From Escherichia coli (GTDB lineage: Bacteria > Pseudomonadota > Gammaproteobacteria > Enterobacterales > Enterobacteriaceae), in NCBI RefSeq assembly GCF_003334315.1, contig NZ_QOWR01000044.1: a DNA stretch of 41,657 nt. The stretch is one strand, 5' to 3'. The notes under the pieces are model-generated. The model was not told where the DNA came from. It was given only the letters and a program-made list of their open reading frames with translations, and did not search any database. The translations under genes and the position numbers were made by a program. Within the stretch, counting starts at the first letter, position 1. Every line of letters starts with the position of its first letter. Positions 40,301 through 41,657 of the stretch are shown one piece after another.

Positions 40301-40333
40301 CACGGGCGAAGGGGAATTTCCTCTCCGCCCGTG
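40301..40333 (+). other. dnaK-dnaJ intergenic stem-loop (region where K-12 annotation places the small RNA tpke11, from memory)
   Basis: CACGGGCG (40301-40308) pairs with CGCCCGTG (40326-40333), with further partial pairing inside. It probably attenuates or stabilises the dnaKJ transcript. Confidence 0.5.
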
Positions 40334-40360
40334 CATTCATCTAGGGGCAATTTAAAAAAG

Positions 40361-41491
40361 ATGGCTAAGCAAGATTATTACGAGATTTTAGGCGTTTCCA
40401 AAACAGCGGAAGAGCATGAAATCAAAAAGGCCTACAAACGCCTGGCCATGAAATACCACCCGGACCGTAACCAGGGTGACAAAGAGGCCGAGGCGAAATT
40501 TAAAGAGATCAAGGAAGCTTATGAAGTTCTGACCGACTCGCAAAAACGTGCGGCATACGATCAGTATGGTCATGCTGCGTTTGAGCAAGGTGGTATGGGC
40601 GGCGGCGGTTTTGGCGGCGGCGCAGACTTCAGCGATATTTTTGGTGACGTTTTCGGCGATATTTTTGGCGGCGGACGTGGTCGTCAACGTGCGGCGCGCG
40701 GTGCTGATTTACGCTATAACATGGAGCTCACCCTCGAAGAAGCTGTACGTGGCGTGACCAAAGAGATCCGCATTCCGACTCTGGAAGAGTGTGACGTTTG
40801 CCACGGTAGCGGTGCAAAACCAGGTACACAGCCGCAGACCTGTCCGACCTGTCATGGTTCTGGTCAGGTGCAGATGCGTCAGGGATTCTTTGCCGTGCAG
40901 CAGACCTGTCCACACTGTCAGGGCCGCGGTACGCTGATCAAAGATCCGTGCAACAAATGTCATGGTCATGGTCGTGTTGAGCGCAGCAAAACGCTGTCCG
41001 TTAAAATCCCGGCAGGGGTGGACACTGGAGACCGCATCCGTCTTGCGGGCGAAGGTGAAGCGGGCGAGCATGGCGCACCGGCAGGCGATCTGTACGTTCA
41101 GGTTCAGGTTAAACAGCACCCGATTTTCGAGCGTGAAGGCAACAACCTGTATTGCGAAGTCCCGATCAACTTCGCTATGGCGGCGCTGGGTGGCGAAATC
41201 GAAGTACCGACCCTTGATGGTCGCGTCAAACTGAAAGTGCCTGGCGAAACCCAGACCGGTAAGCTATTCCGTATGCGCGGTAAAGGCGTCAAGTCTGTCC
41301 GCGGTGGCGCACAAGGTGATTTGCTGTGCCGCGTTGTCGTCGAAACACCGGTAGGCCTGAACGAGAAGCAGAAACAGCTGCTGCAAGAGCTGCAAGAAAG
41401 CTTCGGTGGCCCAACCGGCGAGCACAACAGCCCGCGCTCAAAGAGCTTCTTTGATGGTGTGAAGAAGTTTTTTGACGACCTGACCCGCTAA
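40361..41491 (+). CDS. dnaJ: Hsp40 co-chaperone DnaJ
   Basis: 376 aa starting [18 protein letters not shown], with the HPD motif (KYHPDRNQ), a G/F-rich region and four CxxCxGxG zinc motifs. The ORF-track start at 40331 is an over-extension. Confidence 0.98.
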   Translation: MAKQDYYEILGVSKTAEEHEIKKAYKRLAMKYHPDRNQGDKEAEAKFKEIKEAYEVLTDSQKRAAYDQYGHAAFEQGGMGGGGFGGGADFSDIFGDVFGDIFGGGRGRQRAARGADLRYNMELTLEEAVRGVTKEIRIPTLEECDVCHGSGAKPGTQPQTCPTCHGSGQVQMRQGFFAVQQTCPHCQGRGTLIKDPCNKCHGHGRVERSKTLSVKIPAGVDTGDRIRLAGEGEAGEHGAPAGDLYVQVQVKQHPIFEREGNNLYCEVPINFAMAALGGEIEVPTLDGRVKLKVPGETQTGKLFRMRGKGVKSVRGGAQGDLLCRVVVETPVGLNEKQKQLLQELQESFGGPTGEHNSPRSKSFFDGVKKFFDDLTR

Positions 41492-41502
41492 CCTCCGCAA
41501 AA

Positions 41503-41520
41503 GCCTGCCCGTGGGCAGGC
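41503..41520 (+). terminator. Stem-loop after dnaJ (probable dnaKJ terminator hairpin)
   Basis: GCCTGCCC GTG GGCAGGC, starting 12 bp after the dnaJ stop. A second hairpin, CCTGGGTAAAACCAGG, follows. There is no clear U-tract. Confidence 0.5.
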
Positions 41521-41582
41521 CTGGGTAAAACCAGGGTGCGTTGAAGATATGCGAGCACCTGAAAAGTGGCGGGGATCACTCC

Positions 41583-41657
41583 CATAAGCGCTAACTTAAG
41601 GGTTGTGGTATTACGCCTGATATGATTTAACGTGCCGATGAATTACTCTCACGATAA
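41583..41657 (+). mobile_element. insL: IS186 left end: terminal inverted repeat plus the first 6 codons of transposase insL, truncated by the window edge
   Basis: CATAAGCGCTAACTTAAGGGTTG (41583-41605) is the IS186 terminal inverted repeat. ATGAATTACTCTCACGATAA at 41638 encodes MNYSHD, the InsL N-terminus. The element is preceded by a G-run/C-run target, GGGGATCACTCCC. Confidence 0.85.

Overview
This window is Escherichia coli core chromosome, closely related to K-12 but not identical. Almost every long ORF is a protein I recognise directly from its translation.

Gene order: BIME array, yjjW-yjjI (-), deoCABD (+), a small orphan HTH gene (-), lplA-ytjB (-), serB-radA-nadR (+), ettA (-), slt-trpR (+), yjjX (-), gpmB (+), rob (-), creABCD (+), arcA (-), yjjY, lasT/yjtD (+). 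The window then crosses the arbitrary K-12 numbering origin; the string AGCTTTTCATTCTGACTGCAACGGG that I remember as K-12 base 1 starts at 26195. It continues with thrLABC (+), yaaX (+), yaaA-yaaJ (-), talB-mog (+), satP-yaaW-yaaI (-) and dnaKJ (+), and ends 75 bp into an IS186 copy (left inverted repeat plus the first codons of insL).

Five REP/BIME clusters sit at gene ends. Regulatory sites readable from the sequence:
- DeoR O1 and O2, exactly 599 bp apart
- the two CRP sites of deoP2
- the TrpR operator
- a CreB cre-tag
- the thr leader and attenuator
- two sigma32 dnaK promoters

There is no CRISPR array, tRNA or rRNA gene, prophage or multi-gene defence island, and no convincing new multi-gene system.

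Worth a second look:
1. The only clearly accessory DNA is the AT-rich deoD-lplA gap. An 87-aa XRE-type HTH gene sits where K-12 (from memory) carries hipH/yjjJ.
2. The functionally unassigned short glycyl-radical enzyme and activase pair yjjI-yjjW has its 5' end overlapped by the DeoR-controlled deoP1 promoter.
3. A decayed antitoxin-like fragment lies downstream of nadR.
4. The yaaW/mbiA antisense overlap is the one long antisense ORF here that is not in the trivial codon-aligned frame.
5. A 678-codon antisense ORF encloses all of dnaK; I interpret it as a codon-usage artefact.

Several ORF-track starts are N-terminally over-extended. I corrected them to the starts that fit the known proteins and their Shine-Dalgarno sequences. 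CDS coordinates include the stop codon.
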